Below are positions 59,141 to 64,000 of a DNA stretch of 64,000 bases, piece by piece. The stretch spans positions 3,970,420-4,034,419 of the forward strand of contig CM119266.1 of assembly GCA_051294375.1 (NCBI GenBank), read 5' to 3'. The first letter of the stretch is position 1. Every line of letters starts with the position of its first letter. Origin of the DNA: Paraspadella gotoi. Lineage: Eukaryota > Animalia > Chaetognatha. A program made the translations under genes and the position numbers. Below the pieces are notes generated by a model. That model was not told the DNA's origin. It searched no databases and saw nothing but the letters and a program-made list of their open reading frames with translations.

Positions 59141-61923
59141 ATGCCCGCGAGCAAGAAACGAAAACTGCTTCCTAAACCGGCCCCGAATGGTAAACCGTCA
59201 CATAGCTCAATTATTTTAAGACTGTTGATGTTTACCTTCAATAAATTCTTATCTTTTACAGAATCCTCGAACACAATGACGTTGAGGGTGCCTTCCTATT
59301 ACTCGGCGGCCCTGCACAGTCTCGCGTCTCGCCCGCCACCGATCGTCGTCATGAAAAAGCTATCTCAAGCTGAGATCGAGACGGCAAGTCACGCCAATCT
59401 CGCCGACCACGCCCATGTCACAAATCACGCCAGCCCCGCCCATGACACAAATCACGGTGAGAACTTCGTGTGTCGGGCTCTCTCCCTCACGAGGTTTTTT
59501 CCATTGACCAATCAATCAATCAGTCACCAACAAATGATCAATTTAACCTTTCTTCTCCGTTACGATTCGTGTTTAAGACCAACAAATCAATCACTCAGAG
59601 ACAAAAAACATTCACGAAGATGCGGGGGCGGAACCTTATCCAATGAGAAACAGAAAGAAGAAGAAGAAAAAGTCTAAACTATCAAGTAATAATCGTAACC
59701 AGTAATTATAATGCAATATCCATTAAAGTCCTATCATTTATTAAGTATTTCAATGATATAAACAGATGCTCTGATTCCTCAAAATGGCGAAGACGCGGAA
59801 GAAGTTGAGATAGAAGATTCCATGACAGAAAGAAAAGATGATTCGAACCTTTTATCAGATGAAGGTTAACTTATTATCTTAATGAAAAATATCCAAATTC
59901 AACATACAAAATTGTATCGGCTTTGGCATTCAGGAGGACAGTATATCATGCATCCCACTTCACTCCAATATGATCTTAATTCTGGTCAAATATTCGGTGA
60001 AAATGGTCATCCATCGCCAATCGAATACAACGACGTCCAACGGCCAGATTATAACGAGCACACAGAAAGAGGTAAGAAAATATTTTTTTATCATTTTCAT
60101 AGGCCAATTATAAATTCTCGTTATCTTTTTTTCAGGAATGCGAAAAAAAAGTTTTAAGGAAAAGAGACTCGTCCCTTACCAAGGTAAAAATGTGTAACAC
60201 ATCATTTTGAATTACTTATCTAATCAATTTTCATTTACCAAGACAATCAAGAATGTTCCAATTGCAAAACATTGAGTGCAAATCTTGAACAAGTAAAACT
60301 CGACAAGTTGAAAGTAGAAAAGGAAATGGAGAAAATTAGGATGGAGGTAGAAATTTACAGAAAGAAAGATGCGGAAAATCAAACTGCCATGAATACGTTA
60401 AGGTACAAAGTATTTATAATGAAAGAGAGGGCAACAATATTAACCATTTAACTATTTTAGGGAGACGCAGGAATATTTTCTGCGGCGAATAAAAAGCCTC
60501 GAAGAAAAGAAATCGACCTCAGTAGAAGAAATCTCCAGTGAACCAATTCTCACTAAATCGAACGGGAAACGACCAACCAAAAGAGCACGATCCCCAGATC
60601 CAGATGTGATTCTGGACGAGGGGTCACCCGCCCCTGAAGACGTCCCCATCGCCGCGTCGAGACCGAGAAGAAGCCAGACTCATCCCTGGGCGTCCCTGGC
60701 TCGGCCGAGTCAAGCTGAAACGTCTCGTCCGCGAAGAACGAACGTCAATTCGGACAACATCAAAAGAAATTCTGTCGCTAAAGTCAATGGAGATTCTGCT
60801 AAACAGGTCCGTTGCTTTTTAACTCAAAAGATATTTTAGAAAGAAAAATCTATCCTTTTTCTCAGTCGGCCACTCGTTCGTCAACGACCCCCAAGCCAGA
60901 GTCAAAACTCTCCATTCCATCCACGGCCTACTTGGAACGCTTCGTCGACGAGGATCAAACGGGCGACTCGGACTTCGATCCATTCGCTTCATACGAAAGC
61001 GAGGAAGACCCCGAAGCCTCCGACGACTCAGACTTTAATCCCGCGAAAAAGAAAAAGAAACAGAAAAAGTTGAAAGGAAAACCTGCGTCAGTGAAGAAGA
61101 AAGGCGAGTTGTCAAGAAATTGGTCCAATCCTAATAGAGTCCAAACGTTGCTGACTGCAAAGGGGACGATGGTGGTGGAATAAATAACGGTTTATCGGGA
61201 AAAAGAAGTCTCGCCGATGGGCAGAGACGTTATAGGATTGTGTCAGAACAGCTTGCATAAAAAAATCGAGGAGACACCACCCATTCAAGAATTTCGATGT
61301 CTTTTTTCCCTTTTATACCCACAGCGCGACAATCTGATGAAACGCCCCGACCCGATAACGAGGCGATCGGCGACGGTTGGGATTTCGAAATCAGGATGAA
61401 CCCGGACTTCTTGGAGGAGGAAGGCGACGGAGACGAGTCGCGACTCCTCGAAGGACAGTTCGAACCGCGGAACGAAGATGAGCCCAACGACGTCGTCGTC
61501 GTCGCCTCTCGATCGGAGGAGAAGAGAAAAAAGCCTAATTCTAAATCGACGGCTTCGTCCTCGTCCGCCCCTTCGAAGACCCCTGCCACTGCGAAGACCC
61601 CTGCCACGGCGAAGACCCTTTCTTCCTCGACCAAAGCCTCTCAAGAACATCCTCGATCTCAGCCCCAAGAGTGGGTCGGATTCCTCCACGAACTCATGAA
61701 CGTCGCCTTTGACATTGGGACTCGAAAACACGTGAGATTCGAGGATCTTGACACGGGCAAATTGCAGAACATCCAAGGTCGCGTCCATGAGAAATTCGGG
61801 GTCGGATTCAAAGACATTTTCGTCTCGATGCGAAGGAAAAGTTCGGCCGATAATAAAAAAGCCAAATGTACTTGTTCCGACTGCGTCTTCATGGCCGTCG
61901 AAGAAGCTTCCGCCACTTGGTGA
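59141..61923 (+). CDS. Uncharacterised multi-exon protein with basic NLS-like start, coiled coil and possible C-terminal BEN-like domain
   Basis: MPASKKRKLLPKP; several GT-AG exons; coiled coil at ~60270-60510; C-terminal FLHELMNVAF...LDTGKLQNIQGRVHEKFG...MRRK pattern. Internal exon structure is partly uncertain. Confidence 0.5.
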
Positions 61924-62305
61924 TTAAAATAAAAATAATTTCCCAGTTTTCCAATATCCTCGATTCCATTGTCATTGAATTGAATTGTCATTGAATGCCA
62001 TATTGTATTACGTACCGTTTTTTATTTTCGTTTTGGCAATAAAAACCTAGTTTTTTTCCGAAAAACGTTACATACATAGTTGTGCTAGTCTTGGTTAAAT
62101 ATGATTGAACATTCGCAGAAATGAAAATTTTACTGTAAATAGATCACAGCTTTATTATTGTGTACATACAAATAAGTGGGAGATGGCTTTTTAAAGGCAC
62201 TGAATGCAAGTAATGGAATCGGAGGGAAAAAAATATTGTACGTAAAATTACGTATAAAATTTAGTGAAGGGGTTTCGGTGGGGAAATTTTTGTTTTCAAA
62301 AAGTT

Positions 62306-63800
62306 TCACAGTTCGGTCTCGTTATTGACAAGACACTCCTGCTCGGAGGTGTTGCCGTCAGAGTGGACGGCGGTCTGTACCTCCTGATACCACTTGTTCG
62401 TTAGTTTGTGCATTTGAGTTTTTCCGTCCCTCAATTCCTGGTTATGACGCAGAAAAAGAAACAAAAACTTTTTTTTCGTGATTTAAGTAAAAAAAAAAGG
62501 TAAGTTTCGGTTTCATGGACCGACGAAAGAGAGAACTTACCTCTGGCGTCAACTGCCGCGTGAAGAACGGAAATAAATACTTGGCGTCGAATTTGAGAAA
62601 TCCTTTGAGATGCGGCTTCATTCTGCTGATCTGAACTCCGTTTCCGGCGCCGACTTCGATTTCAGTCAAAAATCCGGCGTCAGTTTCGGCGTCGGTCGTC
62701 GTCAGTTCAGAAAGCTGTTCGGAATCTGAAATAAGGAAATATCGATGTTATTAATAACAAGAACAATTAAAAATAATTAATATTAAATGAGAGCGACTTT
62801 CCCCCAAACATATGGTGCCCCGAGGGTCGGAGAGATAATTGCCTTATGACCGTTCTGACTGGGCGAGAACTCGGGTTCAGTGGGTTCGGGTAGTAGTAAT
62901 ATTATTACGTAAATGCGTGTAGAAAATTCTTTTATATTTTCTATGCAAACGCGGAGACGAACGTAGTATTTCGCCCACCGTAGAATTGTTTAACGCGAGT
63001 CCCTCTAGACTATGAAGAAGAAAGTCGTAAACTTGTATTTTCATAAAACGTCCGTTTGAAACTCGAGTTTCTTAGCAAGCGAAAGACTTTCGATTTTTTC
63101 ACGAAATCTCTCACGGAAATTGGTTATTGAGAGAACGTTAAAAATATTGGGCGATCGAAGAGTGACCAGAAAATTTCACCAAACGTCCTTATAAGGCTAC
63201 ATTTTTCACAATGCGTACTCTCTCTTTCTTTTCTCTCCGACGGACTATTATCGTTCACATACGCTCTCCTTCCATTCCACATTGCACAAAACTCACCTAT
63301 CGTTTCACCAAATTCCTTGGTTTTGCTTAACGTGATTTCTTTCCTTTTTTTCTTTCTTCTTTTTTTCCTGACTTCGGGAGCATCCAATGACTTAGCGGGC
63401 CGATTTAACAGCTACAACGGAAAACAAGTATCAATCACGGTTCTCTCTCATACTTTTAACAAATTCTGTATATACCTGCAAAAGGGGCATGGTTGAACCT
63501 CCCAAAACTAAAATTGTGAACAAGACGATGATAAGAGTCGTCGTAACTAGGACGTGTCTCTTTTCTTCTGATTCAAGCTCAATGTGAAGGCAAAGGGCGT
63601 AAGCAATAGCACCTCGTAAACCTTTTAAAGTTATATATTACATTTATAATAATAACTGCAGCTAAAGAAAATGACACAAAAACCTACCCGAAAACCACAT
63701 GATAAATTGCATCCTTTTAGTTATCTTGTGCTCTCGAAAATAATTCATGATAAACGACAATGGAAATATATTGGCTGCTCTTCCCAAGAGACACAACACC
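62306..63800 (-). CDS. SLC9A8: Sodium/hydrogen exchanger 8, 3' exons only (gene continues beyond the window)
   Basis: GRAANIFPLS, QFIMWFS|GLRGAIAYALCLH, TTTLIIVLFTILVLGGSTMPL, KGFLKFDAKYLFPFFTR, LTNKWYQEV. Confidence 0.93.
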
Positions 63801-64000
63801 TAAAGAAAAGAAAATAAAAGCCATCTGTAATTCTAGTGCATGAACAATTCGACCATTTTCATTATTACGCGTATTTATTTTAAATTTTAAGCAGTTTTGT
63901 ACGCAACTATAATTTCGAGGTACTTGAACTCGTATTTTGAAATAGGATTAACTAGATTTTTATTATTTACCACTTTTTCAATCTTGAAACAATGAATATG

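Noticed and set aside
62795-62890. GC-rich patch in an SLC9A8 intron, possible SINE or ncRNA fragment
   Set aside because: No clear A/B boxes or convincing structure.
1-64000. CRISPR arrays, prokaryotic operons, rRNA or intact tRNA genes, autonomous transposase/RT ORFs
   Set aside because: None seen; the sequence is spliced eukaryotic DNA and the tRNA-like boxes lack full cloverleaves.

Overview
Gene-dense DNA from a compact animal genome, probably a non-vertebrate with motile cilia (Dlish, NME5 and RSPH14 are present). Introns are short, AT-rich and mostly GT-AG; many exons are CpG-rich. Gene models were spliced by hand with phase checks. In order: a giant type II membrane protein (disordered N-terminus, TM, mucin stalk, coiled coil, IgGFc-binding domain); a very divergent forkhead gene; a 4.4-kb single-exon orphan ORF; an SH3-FAM107 fusion; Dlish; a kringle plus multi-TM protein; tightly packed NME5-RSPH14-ZDHHC1/11-like genes behind an RFX X-box; RSU1; RBBP6 with an intronic foldback MITE; a tastin-like protein; UBXN4; a coiled-coil/BEN-like protein; and the 3' end of SLC9A8. 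Several introns carry tRNA-derived SINE-like elements. The most notable items are the unusual domain fusions, three tandem in-frame splice donors inside an SH3 domain, an operon-like radial-spoke cluster, and candidate GA-AG and GC-AG introns. Family calls come from recalled motifs; no database search was run.
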